A stretch of DNA of 64,000 nucleotides from Squalus acanthias (lineage: Eukaryota): contig CM059432.1 of the NCBI GenBank assembly GCA_030390025.1, positions 41,790,001-41,854,000 of the forward strand. Direction: 5' to 3'. The translations under genes were made by a program, and so were the position numbers. This document shows positions 1 to 12,429 of the stretch, piece by piece. The stretch's first letter is position 1. Each line of letters starts with the position of its first letter. Below the pieces are notes generated by a model. That model was not told where the DNA came from. It saw nothing but the letters and a program-made list of their open reading frames with translations, and did not search any database.

Positions 1-271
1 TGTGCTGTAACCATTCTATGATTCACTTCCAAATCATTTATGTATATTAAAACCAGCAACAAGCTGAGCACTAAGCCGTGACCTACTCCACTAGTTACTT
101 CCTTCATTGCTTATCCCGCTCCACATACCATCCTTTGCTTCCTGTTTCAGCCAATTTTCAGTCCGTTTCAGAAGCACTTCACCTATGGTGTGCCTTCCAG
201 CCCTGTGGACCAATCTTCTATCTGGTACTTTATCAAAAGCTTTGCTGGAATCAGCTGTGACTCACTTAAGC

Positions 272-742
272 ATCAGCTGTGGCTCAGTTGGTAGAATCCT
301 CGCCTCTGAGTCAGAAGGCTGTGAGGTTCAAGTCCCACTCCAGAGACTTGAGCACAAAAATCTAGGCTGACACTCCAGTGCAGTGCTGAGGGAGTGCTCC
401 ACTGTCGGAGGTGCCGTCTTTTGGATGAGACGTTAAACCGAGGCCATGTCTGCTCTCTCAGTTGGACGTAAAAAATCCCATGACACTATTTCGAAGAAAA
501 GCAGGGGAGTTATCTCCGGTGTCCTGGCCAATATTTATCCCTCAATCAACATTACTAAAAACTGATTATCTGGTCATTATCACATTGTTGTTTGTGGGAG
601 CTTGCTGTGCGCAAAGTGGTTGCTGCATTTCCTACATTACAACAGTGACTACACTTCAAAAAGTACTTCATTGACTGTAAAGTGCTTTGGGGCGCCCGGC
701 AGTCGTGAAATGCGCTATATAAATGCAAGTCTTTCTTTCTTC
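272..742 (+). mobile_element. tRNA-derived DeuSINE (SacSINE1/AmnSINE1-like), full length
   Basis: A box TGGCTCAGTTGG, B box GTTCAAGTCC, Deu-domain-like core (gtgccgtctt..gatgagacgttaaaccgagg..cccatgacactatttcgaag), L2-like tail ending gcgctatataaatgcaagt(ctt)n. Confidence 0.8.
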
Positions 743-789
743 TACCTCCCATAAAGCCACGCTGGCTCCATCTCATCATTCTGTTCTAC

Positions 790-935
790 TCCAGATGGCT
801 CATCATTCATTCCTTCAGGATGGCCTTCAGTACTTTCCCTACATTGTATGTCAGGCTGACCAGCCTGTAATTCCCTGAGTTATCTCTTTGCCCCTTTTTA
901 TGGGTGGACATCACATTCCCTTTTCTCCAATTCTC
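790..935 (-). mobile_element. CR1 LINE fragment (old)
   Basis: Minus-strand translation W..GNV..HKKG.RDNSGNYRLVSLT. Confidence 0.65.
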
Positions 936-1342
936 TGGCAGATGTTGAGTATAACTAGAACGTAAGTCATAAAGCCCACACCTCACTACGCTATCAATGC
1001 AATTTCTTGCTTTCACATGTCATAAGTTTTTTTTATTCAGGATTGTTGTTTTTTTGCTGTCAACTTTTTTGAAGTAGATTGCCATTCTTTGCCAGTTTTG
1101 TAGGTTGGCATGTGTGAGTAATGTTTGCCTACCAAAAGCTGAATGTATATACACCAGTTCATATTTTTAGCATAATTTGTTTGCCATTTTGTTATTGAGG
1201 AAGGAGCTATTGAGTAATACAATTAAATAGACCATTTCTAGTAAGGTGCATGATGAAATTGATCTTATTATGATAAACAGGGTCAATTTTGCTCATTTAC
1301 TCCTTGCTCCTTGAATTTTAAAAAAAAGGGAACCATGCTTAC

Positions 1343-1448
1343 TGAAATAGTTTGTACATCTGGATTTTGGATCTTAATATCCGTGTAGGTGACAGTCACA
1401 ATAGGAGGAAATATCTTTCCTTGTAGAGTGTTAGGCACAAGGTTGATA
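1343..1448 (-). CDS. TMEM67: Meckelin coding exon (approx. exon 14), (S)INLVPNTLQGKIFPPIVTVTYTDIKIQNPDVQTIS
   Basis: ttgcag/gtaagc; 106 nt, phase 2/0; resembles human [26 protein letters not shown]. Confidence 0.95.
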
Positions 1449-1619
1449 CTGCAATAAGATGTCAATAAGATAACATTAAAATCTATTTGAATATTTTAAT
1501 TATAATTCAATTATAAACTCTTATAATTTTAATAATAAATTACAACTATTCTTTCCTTTAAAGTTACAGAATAAATTAGTTGACTGAAATCCTCCAACAG
1601 TTAAGGAAATACTTCTGTT

Positions 1620-2042
1620 TATATATCTCCTTGAAAACTGGTTTCCTGACCCTTAGTAGATTGAAATCAAAATCCTTGTTCTCACTTATAAATCCCTTCA
1701 TAGCCTCACACCACCACTTCTTTGCAACTTCCTCCAACCCTGCATCTCAGCCCTTGCCCTTTGGTCTCTTGACTCTGACTTCTTGTGTATTCCCTTCCCT
1801 AATCAAGGCACAGCCTGGAACTATCTTGTTTTTTCTCTCTGGAATTCCCTTGCTTAATCCCTCTGCTTTGCAAGCTCTCACCCCACCTTCAAAAGCCTCC
1901 TCAAAACTTACCTCTTTGACCATATTTTCAGTCATCGCCCCTAACTCTACGATCACTGCATGGTCTATTTCTCCTCTGTGAAGTGTCTTGGGACTTTAAC
2001 TGCATTAAAGGTGCAATATAAATGCAAGTTATTGTTGTTGTG
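1620..2042 (+). mobile_element. L2 LINE 3' fragment (old)
   Basis: Degenerate ctctggaattccct..cttcaaaagcctcctcaaaac..ctctttgacc and tail aaaggtgcaatataaatgcaagtt(gtt)n shared with L2 copies at 26730 and 31330. Confidence 0.65.
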
Positions 2043-2546
2043 TATCAGGAAATGGCATCATCCCAATAGTTGCAATTGGTATCAGGATGCAAGCTCCATG
2101 TGCAGATCCTGCTCTGACTGAAACTATGGAAACAGCCATTTCACAACAGTGGGAAAATCTTTGATACAAGCTTTCAATGGCTGAACTGTACTTTAAGGAA
2201 GTAATTTGATGGGAGCAAGGGAACCAGTGCCTTATTTCCTGAAAGAGTACTAGTGCCAATGACCTGGTATTATCAGTGCTACATTTGGCGGTTACTTAGG
2301 GCTCGATTTTAATTCCCGAGGCGGGTTGGAGTCGGGTTGCGTGGTGGGCGGGTTCTGGAGCCGCTTCTGGCGGGATCAGCTGCTGATGTCCGATTTTGAT
2401 TCAATGAGCTTGTTGATTTCAATGAGGCGCGCTGGCCGGTCCAATGAGTGTGATCGGGTCATCATAGCAGCTGCTTTTAAAGCTGCCATTCAGCCTAAGC
2501 CTTTCTCTTGTGGATTCCTGAACTCATTGATATTGATTTATATGCA

Positions 2547-4440
2547 ATGACTTCTTGCAGAGGCAAGGCAGCTCCTCGTTTTAATGATGACTCCCTCCAT
2601 GCTCTTGTGGATGCTGTCAGAGGACGCAGGGAGATTCTCTTCCTTCCTGATGGCCGGAGCAAGCCTCCTCAGCAGACCAAGGCAGCCTGTCTGCGCATTG
2701 CTCAGGAGGTGAGCGCAAGGTCCACATATGCATGCTCATGGATCCAGTGCCAAAAAAGATTTAATGATCTTGTGTGAACATCAAAAGTGAGTATCCCATC
2801 AACTTGCCTTCACTCTGCTTCCCTTCTCTTCTCATCACCAGCACTCTGCGTTCTAAGCCTCCTCCTTCACATCCCACCTTACTCTTACTTCCCTTGCACC
2901 CTTTCCTATCCATCTCTGTCTCTGCACTGAATCACTTCAGCATCCTGCCTATGCACCCCTTAGACTCGCTCTCACTGTCATGCAGTGACAACAACTAACA
3001 ACGTACAGGGCGCTAGCTTCCTCTTGGCACCTTACCCCATCTTCATCTCCCTCAAAACTTCTATGGTAGGGATTATTCACACTCACTCCATCACTGTGGC
3101 TGAAACACCACTTGTATCCCTCCTTGCAGGAAAAGGTAGCCCACAATAAGAGGGAGAGAGCAATGACTGGAGGAGGAACACCTACCCTAGCCACATTGAC
3201 CAGTGCTGAGGAGGCTGCATACGAGATTGTTGGAGGTGGCGAGGATCTGGAAGTGAGCGATGGAGAGACGGGCTACACTAGAGGAAGCTGGTGACATAAC
3301 AGAGTTTCATCCCTCTCAGAATGCAATGGCATATGATGTTCATAGAGAATCACGCTGTATCATCTGCTCAAAAGGATGTGACTGTTACATCAATATACGA
3401 TGTCTAAATCATGCCTTTACTCTCCCACAGGACCATCGAGCGCCCCCCTCCCCACGATCCAGGACGAAGAGCCGGACAACTCCTCAGAGGAACCTGAAGC
3501 CTCTGAGGGAGCAGCGTCACCAGGACTCAGCACATCCAGCACCAGCGCAGCAACGCACACCTCGGTGGGGCCCTCGCGAGTTAGAGTAGTGTTGCCACCT
3601 GGTCTATCACAGTGCACAAGTGAGCATCAGCAGATGGTGGAGACAGCGACAGCAGTGGAGAGTCCTCGGAGGAGCATGCAGACGCTGTGCCTCTGGGGCC
3701 ATCCAGAAAAAGAGCGTCTCGGGAAATACATGAACAAGTGCAGGAGTCTCTGGAAGGGTTTGCCTCCAGGGTTAGTGCGAGTGTGGAGAGAATGGAGGAG
3801 TCCATCTGTAACATCAGCACTGCCGTGGTGGAGGCAATGGCGCATGAACGCACCACCATGAATAGGATGGCAACCTCCGTGGAAAGGCTGGCTACCTCAG
3901 TGGAAAGGATGGCTACTGCCATGGAGGATATAAGTCGCCAGAATCAGGAAAACATGGTGACTGTTCAAAATAGAATGTCATCTCTGAAGGAGAGTTAGGC
4001 AGCTATTGAGCAGAGAGACCAGAGCTTCATGAACGTCCTTTTGATGAGGACTGCCAGAGCAGATATGGGTCCTCATGGTCCCCCTGATGTGCAGCAAGGT
4101 GCTCTCCTGCCACTTGCCAGCACTGAGGTGCGGCTGACCCATGAGAGGGATGTTGTTGGCAGGACAGAAGGAAGTGTGGGCTCCTCTCAAAGCGCTCACA
4201 CGACCATGCCACTGCGGAGCCCTTGGTCAGAGACCCACTTTGCGGAGACAACTGAGATGGCTGTTTCAGCCCCTGCACAGCCGCAGGAAGAGCAGACTGT
4301 TGAAGAGCCCTCCCAGGCTCCCAAACCCAGAGGACGCTTGCCAAAGGCGTCTGAGCAGGCGCAGCATCCTAGTCAGCAAGGTGCTTCTACATCTGCTGAA
4401 GCCACAGGGGAAGCACCTATAGTCACAAGGGGACTCACTT
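2547..4440 (+). pseudogene. Harbinger Myb/SANT-like (trihelix) DNA-binding protein pseudogene, 3 exons (~2547-2786, ~3131-3290, ~3431-4440)
   Basis: APRFNDDSLHALV...CQKRFNDL helix motif; KVAHNKRE..TGGG in exon 2; in-frame TGA at end of exon 1; frameshift in exon 3. Confidence 0.8.
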
Positions 4441-4925
4441 GGGTGATTTGTCTTTTTTTTCTGACTGTTGTTGGTTTATTATCCTTTTGTGATGTGTAAA
4501 AGAAAAATTATGGCAAACAGTTGATTGTGTGGCCTATGTGTTTTGGGAAATTTCAAAAACGCATTGAGGGCTATGGGCGACTTGCTTTTGTAATGCTGAT
4601 GGTAAAAGTGATAGGAAATAACAGGGTATAGCAGAGATGAAGTATGATGTTGGACAAATGTCGCCTGCAATTACAGAGCCATATGGTAGTCACCTATGGT
4701 TGAAGAGTAAGCTTATGCTAATGTGGCATGGCAGTGTGCATACCCTGGTTGACAGGCAGCAGTGAACTGGAGGGATGCTGCACTGGTCACAACAGGGCAT
4801 GCGAGGCATCCCTCGTCCTCCTCCTACTCCTCTTCCCAGGAAGATCTGCGCTGAGCCACGCGGCTGCTACTCATCCGATTATGAGGACCAGGATGAGAGG
4901 GCATAAATGTTTCCCATCCCCTTGC

Positions 4926-6085
4926 TACAGGGGTCAGTGCTGGGTCCCCAACTCTTTACAATCTATATTAACGATTTGGAGGAAGGGACCAAGTGTAACA
5001 TATCAAAATTTGCAGATGATACAAAGATGGGAGGGAAAGTAGTGAGTGAGGAGGACATAAAAAACCTGCAAGGGGACATAGACAGGCTAAGTAAGTGGGC
5101 AGAGATTTGGCAGATGGAATACAACACTGGAAAGTGTGAGGTGATGCACTTTGGCAGGAAAAATCCTAGAGCAATTTATTATCTTAATGGCAAGAAACTG
5201 GAGAGTACTGAAGTGCAAAGGGATCTGGGGGTCCTGGTGCACGAAACTCAAAAGGTTAGTATGCAGGTGCAGCAAGTGATTAAGAAGGCAAATGGAATGT
5301 TGGCTTTCATTGCTAGGGGGATAGAATATAAAAATAGGGAGGTATTGCTTCAGTTGTACAAGGTATTGGTGAGACCGCACCTGGAATACTGCATACAGTT
5401 TTGGTGTCCTTACTTAAGGAAAGACATCCTTGCTCTCGAGGCAGTGCAAAAAAGGTTCACTCGGTTAATCCCGGGGATGAGGGGGTGGTCATATGAGGAG
5501 AGGTTGGGTAGATTGGGACTCTACTCATTGGAGTTCAGAAGAATGAGAGGCGATCTTATTGAAACATATAAGATTGTGAAGGGGTTGGATCGGGTGGATG
5601 CGGGGAGGATGTTCCCGATGACGGGTGAGACGAGAACTAGGGGACATAGTCTTAGAATAAGGGGCTGCTCTTTCAAAACTGAGATGAGGAGGATCTACTT
5701 CACTCAGAGGGTGGTAGGTCCATGGAATATGCTGCCACAAAAAGCTGTAGAAGCTACAACATTAATTAAATTTAAAACAGAAATAGACAGTTTCCTAGAA
5801 GTAAAGGGCATTAAGGGTTACGGGGAGCGGGCAGGAATTTGGACATGAGTCTAGGTTCGGATCGGTCATGGCCCTGTGGGTAGTGGAGCGGGCCCAGGGA
5901 CCGTGTAGCCTGATTCTGCTCCTATTTCGTGTGTGCAATTCTGTTAGATGCAGGAGATGGTTCTGTGATAGATAGTAGATTGGCGGTTAGGATCAGATCA
6001 GCCATGATCTTATTGAATGGCGGAGCAGGCTCGAGGGGCCGATTGGCCTACTCCTGCTCCTATTTCTTATGTTCTTATGTTCTTA
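4926..6085 (+). mobile_element. CR1 LINE, 5'-truncated (RT C-terminal ORF 4907..5848) with (ttcttatg)n tail
   Basis: QGSVLGP, KFADDTK and RPHLEYC.QFW motifs; interrupts Harbinger sequence that is contiguous in the related copy at 45760-45850. Confidence 0.93.
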
Positions 6086-6647
6086 TTTCATTTGAGACAA
6101 CAGGCTTGCAAGCGCACAGTCGAAGTGGCCTGAAATTATTCCATTCATGTCACACTGCAGATGGGTGTCAGCTTGAACAGTCACAAGGTCAGTAGATGTG
6201 CAAAATCTTATACCGTACCTACAACAGCAAAGTTATTGCATTTGAATGTCAGCCATGTTTCAGGGGCGCTTTTAAAGTGCTGCACCAATGCATACAAATC
6301 ATGTCCTCCAGCAACTCGTCTCCTTAAACCTGGCCTGTTACTGACAAGTCGGGAAACAGGAGCCAGAAGCACGAAAATGGGAAACCACTATCAAAATAGG
6401 ATTAGCAAGGCAGTTAACAGGCTGTTAACTGCCTTAACTACCTATCCCACTGGTTCCAGTCGGGTCAGTTTGGGAGCGGCTGAACAGACACTCACGAAAA
6501 TTGGGTGGGGGCGGGATGGAGGCGGTTTGGGTGTCTGAAGCCATTTATTGCGATTTTCGCTACAGACCTGCCTCCTCAGGGCTATCAAAATCGAGCCCTT
6601 AGTGTCAGAACTGACCTGGACTGATTCCAGCTTGTAAACTGTAAACA

Positions 6648-8306
6648 ACTGGGCCTGCAGCAGGTGGTGAGAGAACCAACATGAGCGAAAAACCTACTTG
6701 ACCTCGTCCTCACCAATCTACCTGTCGCAGATGCATTTGTCCAGGACAGTATTGGTAGCAGTGAACACTGCACAGTTCTTGTGGAGACAAAGTCCCATCT
6801 TCACACTGAGGACACCCTCCATCGTATTATGTGGCACTGCCACCGTGCTAAATGGGATAGATTCAGAACAGATCTAGCAGCTCAAAACTGGGCATCCATG
6901 AGGCGCTGTGGGCCATCAGCAGCAGCAGAATTGTATTCCACCACAATCTGTAACCTCATGGTCCGGCATATCCCTCATTCTACCATTAACATCAAGCCAG
7001 GCGACCAACCCTAGTTCAACGAGGAGTGTAGAAGAACATGCCAGAGCAGCACCATGTGTACCTAAAAATGAGGTGCCAACCTGGGGAAGCTGCAACACAG
7101 GACTACATGCATGCTAAACAGCAGAAGCAGCATGCTATAGATAGAGCTAAGTGATCCTACAATCAACGGATCAGATCAAAGCTCTGCAGTCCTGCCACAT
7201 CCAGTCGTGAATGGCGGTGGACCATTAAACAGCTAACGGGAGGAGGAGGCTCCATGAACATCCCCATCCTCAATGATGGTGGAGCCCAGCACGCGTGTGC
7301 TAAAGACAAGGCTGAAGCATTTGCAACCATCTTCAGCCAGAAGTGCCGAGTGGATGATCCATCTTGGCCTCCTCCTGCGGTCCCCACCATCACAGAAGCC
7401 AGTCTTCAGCCACTTAGATTCACACCACGTGATATCAAGAAACGGCTGAGCGCACTGAATACAGCAAAGGCCCCGACGATATACCGGCTGTTGTGCTGAA
7501 GACTCGTGCTCCAGAACTAGCCGTGCCTCTAGCCATGCTGTTCTAATACAGCTGCAACACTAGCATCTACCCAACAATGTGGAAAACTGCCCAGGTATGT
7601 CCTGTCCACAAAAAGCAAGACAAAACCAATTCAGCCAATTACCACCCCATCAGTCTACTCTCAATCATCAGCAAAGTGATGGAAGGTGTTGTTGATAGTG
7701 GTATCAAGCGGCACTTACTCACCAATAACCTGCTCACCGATGCTCAGTTTGGGTTCCGCTAGGACCACTCGGCTCCAGCCTTGGTCCAAACATGGACAAA
7801 GGAGCTGAATTCCAGAGGTGAGGTGAGAGTGACTGCCCTTGACATCAAGGCAGCATTTGACCGAGTGTGGCATCAAGGAGCCCCAGAAAAATTGAAGTCA
7901 ATGGGAATTAGGGGGAAAACTCTCCACTGGCTGGAGTCATACCTAGCACAAAGGGAGCTGGTTGTGGTTGTTGGAGGCCAATCATCTCAGCCCCAGGACA
8001 TCGCTGCAGGAGTTCCTCAGGGCAGTGTCCTAGGCCCAACCATCTTCAGCTGCTTCATCAATGACATTGCTTCCACCATGAGGTCAGAAGTGGGGTTTGT
8101 TCGCTGATGACTGCACAGTGTTCAGTTCCATTCGCAACTCCTCAAATAATGAAGCAGTCTATGCCCGCATGCAGCAAGACTTGGATGACATTCAGGCTTG
8201 GGCTGATAAGTGGCAAGTAACATTTGCGCCACACAAGTGCCAGGCGATGACTATCTCCAACAAGAGAGCATCTAACCACCTCCCCTTGACAGTCAACAGC
8301 ATTACC
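6648..8306 (+). mobile_element. APE-RT LINE (CR1/L2 group, second family), decayed internal fragment
   Basis: LLDLVLTN (APE), PVHKK..NY.PISLLS, LDIKAAFDRV, GVPQGSVLGP and FADD motifs across frameshifted ORFs. Confidence 0.85.
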
Positions 8307-8321
8307 GTACAAGGTTCACTG

Positions 8322-8552
8322 TACCATTCTCCCTTTTGTCATTTAATCTCTCCTGCCTTCCACCCTATCACAGACCTTACCTTTTGTTTTCCTACCCTTT
8401 CCCTGCCTCTGTACTTGTTTAAAACCTGTTACATCTCTAGCTTTTTCCAGTTCTGACGAAAGGTCATCGACTTGAAACGTTAACTTTGTTTCTCTCTCCA
8501 CAGATGCTGCTTGAGCTGCTGAGTATTTACTGCATTTTCTGTTTTTATTTCA
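8322..8552 (+). mobile_element. Penelope pLTR (3' end) fragment
   Basis: Closely similar to the 3' end of the Penelope element at 17630-17867. Confidence 0.8.
8449..8485 (+). ncRNA. Minimal type-I hammerhead ribozyme motif
   Basis: AGTT-CTGACGA-A-AGGTC-atc-GACTT-GAAA-CGTT-AACT: stem I AGTT/AACT, catalytic boxes, stem II, palindromic AACGTT stem III. Confidence 0.75.
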
Positions 8553-9306
8553 TTGTTTCTGGGGTAGGTCGAAGCCTTGGAGTTTTTTTGTGGCGTTGGC
8601 CATTTGGTGTTTGTTTGGGACATCAGCACTGTCTCAGAACTCTTTCCAGTGTGCCTCTGGATTAAATGAGGAAACACTAAGAGCATTAGCCAGATTCCAA
8701 AAAGGCTTCAGTCTTTTCTTCGGAAGATTCTAGAAGTCCTCATGAATTAGTACATTCAGGTTGGCTATGGTTTCATTGTACTCACGAGCTGTATGTGTCT
8801 CTCTCTGCATTTTAGGTGGGGATATATGTCATAGAGGGCAACCATTGTTCAGGTGTTCCAGTTATAATTCTCATCATGGCATTAAGCTGTGCATCCAGAG
8901 ATTTGGTATGTGACCTGCCTGCCCAGACTGGTGTGCAATACTCAGCGGTCGAGTATACCAGTGCTCAAGTCACTCTTCAATGTGCGTGTGCATCGGCGTT
9001 CCATGTTGTGCCCAAGAGCCTTTGAACAATGCCAGCTTTTACCTTTTCACAAATATTTTCCAGATGAGCATTAAAAATCAAGTGGGATAACAACTTTCAA
9101 GAGGTGCTCCTGTTATGTGTTATTGATCAACACAACAAATGTCATCAAAAGTTTATTGTACATCAAGTTGTTGATCTCTCGGTATGATTAGTAGGCAACT
9201 GTGACTGCTGCTTTCTGAGGAGGCTGAACAGCCAAATATGGCAACCTGCCTTTGCCATCATCTCCATCAGGATGACCTCTAAGGCTATCTCAGTAAAGAG
9301 AACTGT

Positions 9307-11545
9307 CATAAGAACATAAGAAACAGGAGTAGGCCAATCGGCCCCTCGAGCCTGCTCCACCATTCAATAAGATCATGGCTGATCCAATCTTGGCCTCAAC
9401 ACCACTTTCCCGCTCTCTCCCCATACCCCTTGACTCCCTTGCAGTTCAAATGTCTGTCAATCTCCGCCTTGAATATATTCAATAACTCCGCCTCCACAGC
9501 TCTCTGGGGTAGAGAATTCCAAAGATTCACGAACCTCCGAGAGAAGAAATTCCTTCTCATCTCCATCTTAAATGGGCGACCTCTTATTCTGAAACTATGC
9601 CCCCTAGTTCTAGATACCCCCACTAGGGGAAACATCCTCTCTGCATCCACCCTATCAATCCCCCTCAGAATCTCATATGTTTCAATAAGATCACCTCTCA
9701 TTCTTCTAAACTCCAATGAGTATAGGCCCAACCTACTCAACCTTTCGTCATACGTCAACCCCTTCATCCCAGGAATCAACCTAGTCAACCTTCTCTGTAC
9801 TGCCTCCAATGCAAGTATATCCTTCCTTAAATATGGAGACCAAAACTGTACGCAGTACTCCAGGTGCGGTCTCACCAGCACCCTGTAAAGTTGCATCAAA
9901 ACTTCCCTACTTTTATACTCCATACCCCTTGCAATAAAGGCCAACATTCCATTAGCCTTCCTAATTACTTGCTGTACCTGCATGCTAACTTTTTGTGTTT
10001 CACGTACAAGGACCCCCAGATCCCTTTGTACCGCAGCATTTTGTAGTCTCACTCCACTTAAATAATAATTTGCTTTTTCATTCTTCCTTCCAAAGTGGAT
10101 AACCTCATATTTTCCCACATTATACTCCATCTGCCAAATTTTTGCCCACTCACTTAACCTATCTATATCCCTTTGCAGACTCTTTGAGTCCTCCTCACAA
10201 CTTGCTAACCGACCTATCTTTGTATCATCAGCAAATTTGGCTACAGTACACTCGGTCCCTTCATCCAAGTCATTAATATAGATTGTAAATAGTTGAGGCC
10301 CCAGCACTGATCCCTGTGGCACCCCACTAGTTACTGATTGCCAACCGGAAAATGACCCATTTATCCCGACTCTCTGTTTTTTAGTTAGTTAGCCAATCTC
10401 TTATCCATGCCAATATATTACCCCCAACCCCGTGCGCTCTTATCTTGTGCAGTAACCTTTTATGTCGCACCTTATCGAATGCCTTCTGGAAATCCAAATA
10501 CACTACATCTACTGGTTCCCCTTTATCCACCCTGATTGTTACATCCTCAAAGAACTCTAGCAAATTTGTCAAACACGATTTCCCTTTCATAAAACCATGT
10601 TGACTCTGCTTGATTGTCTTATGATTTTGTAAATGTCCTGCTATTACCTCCTTAATAATGGATTCCAGCATTTTCCCAATGACAGATGTTAGGCTAACTG
10701 GCTTATAGTTTCCTGCTTTCTGTCTCCCTCCTTTCTTGAATAGTGGCGTTACATTTGCGGCTTTCCAATCCACTGGGACCTCTCTAGTTACCAGGGAATT
10801 TTGGTAGATTACAACCAACGCATCCACTATATCTGCAGCCACTTCTTTTAAGACCCTAGGATACAGGGCATCAGGTCCAGGGGACTTGTTGGCCTTTAGC
10901 CCCATTAGTTTGCCTAGTACTTTTTCTCTAGTGACAGAGATTGTTTTAAGTTCCTCCCTCCCTATAGCCCCTTGATTATCTATTATTATTGGGATGTTTT
11001 TAGTGTCTTCTACCATGAAGACCGAGCCAAAATAATTGTTTAGAGTCTCTGCCATTTCTCTATTTCCCATTAATTTCCCAGTCTCATCCTCTAAGGGACC
11101 AATGTTTACTTTAGCTACTCTCTTCCTTTTTATATACCTGTTGAAGCTCTTACTGTCTGTTTTTATATTATTTGCTAGTTTACTCTCTATCTTCTCCCTC
11201 TTTATAATTTTTTTAGTCATCCTTTGCTGGTTTCTAAAAATTTCCCAATCCTCTGGCCTACCACTAATCTTCGCAACATTGTATGCCTTTTCTTTCAATT
11301 TGATACCATCCTTAACTTTCTTAGTTAGCCATGGATGGTGCATCCTTCTCGTAGAGCCTTTCTTTCTCACTGGAATATATCTTTGCTGAGATTTATGAAA
11401 TATCTCCTTAAATGTCTGCCACTGCTGATCTACCGTCTTACCCTTTAATCTATTTTCCCAGTCCACTTTAGCCAACTCTGTCCTCATACCCTTGTAATTG
11501 CCTTTATTTAAGTTTAGGACACTAGTTTCAGACCCAAGTCTCTCT
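9307..11545 (-). mobile_element. CR1 LINE, 5'-truncated, long ORF2 remnant (ORFs 10381..11487 and 9396..10322)
   Basis: KSPGPD, NY.PVSLT, YLDFQKAFDKV, PQGSVLGP and FADD motifs; one frame break near 10380; (cataagaa)n tail at 9307. Confidence 0.95.
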
Positions 11546-12429
11546 CCTCCCTAGGAACTGACAGTCACCTTGCCCCTCTCGCATAAAGCTCAGCAATACA
11601 AGCAGAAATGTACAATTTTCAGAAGACAGGAAGTGCAGACACGCTATAAGGAGCTTCCTGCCCCTGAATTTCTGTCCCCTCCACTGGTCTCCGCTCTCCC
11701 AGTGCATGATGCAGTCTGTACTATGAACACAAGACCCATATTCAAATGATAGCAACGTGGAAAACTGGGATGTTTAGATTACCATGTGAAAACATGGAAT
11801 GCACCTGCACTGTTTATGTGCCATGAGCTGAATTTCAGCCCCTGTGTCCCTAGTATGCATTGCAGCTGATGTGGAAAATTAGGAAAAATAGTTTTATCTA
11901 AAAAAAACATGTAACATTGGGGTAAAAATTCAGTTGGTTGCGCCTGCCGTTAGCGCCTTAAGAGGGCGCTAATGGGGCGCAAAGCCGCTAGTGCCTGGGC
12001 GCAGCGATGTTTGCGCCGCTCGCGAACTTAACTAGACATTGTGCGGCGGCGCTAAACTTTACCGCCGCGACCACCTGCGCGCGCAGATTGTTACGTCATT
12101 CCATGGTGCAACGCCCTTGTGGCGCCCCGGAGCGGAAATTGAGTGGCGCCCCCTGCCTTACCGCCTGGCGCATCCAATGACCGGAAGACTGGAACGCTAT
12201 CAATCGCTGTGGGGCTGGGGGGGGCGCTATTTAAAGGGGGCCTCTTCCTGTCTTTTTCTGTGGTTGACATTTTTGCACCACTCGTTCTGAGAGAGAGAGA
12301 GAGATTCGGAGAGAGAGAAAGAGAGACTTCTGCATTGAGTCAACGCTTTGTGAGGTAGTTTTGCCTACTGATCCTAACTTCGCTGCTACTTTGGTTGCTG
12401 TCCTTCATTACTTTGCTTGCAAAGAGACT

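Larger units (their letters stand above)
2299..6598. mobile_element. PIF/Harbinger DNA transposon, defective (decayed Myb/SANT gene on +, transposase largely deleted, CR1 nested inside)
   Basis: 12-bp TIRs GGGCTCGATTTT / AAAATCGAGCCC; TTA duplicated at 2296-2298 and 6599-6601. Confidence 0.9.

Noticed and set aside
272..345. tRNA genes (also 19624-19710, 31206-31275, 49590-49660)
   Set aside because: A/B boxes are present but continue into SINE/LINE bodies, and no convincing cloverleaf was seen
1..1342. Next TMEM67 exon (approx. exon 15, VSFSVTYEM-like)
   Set aside because: No convincing match with splice sites found by eye; probably outside the window
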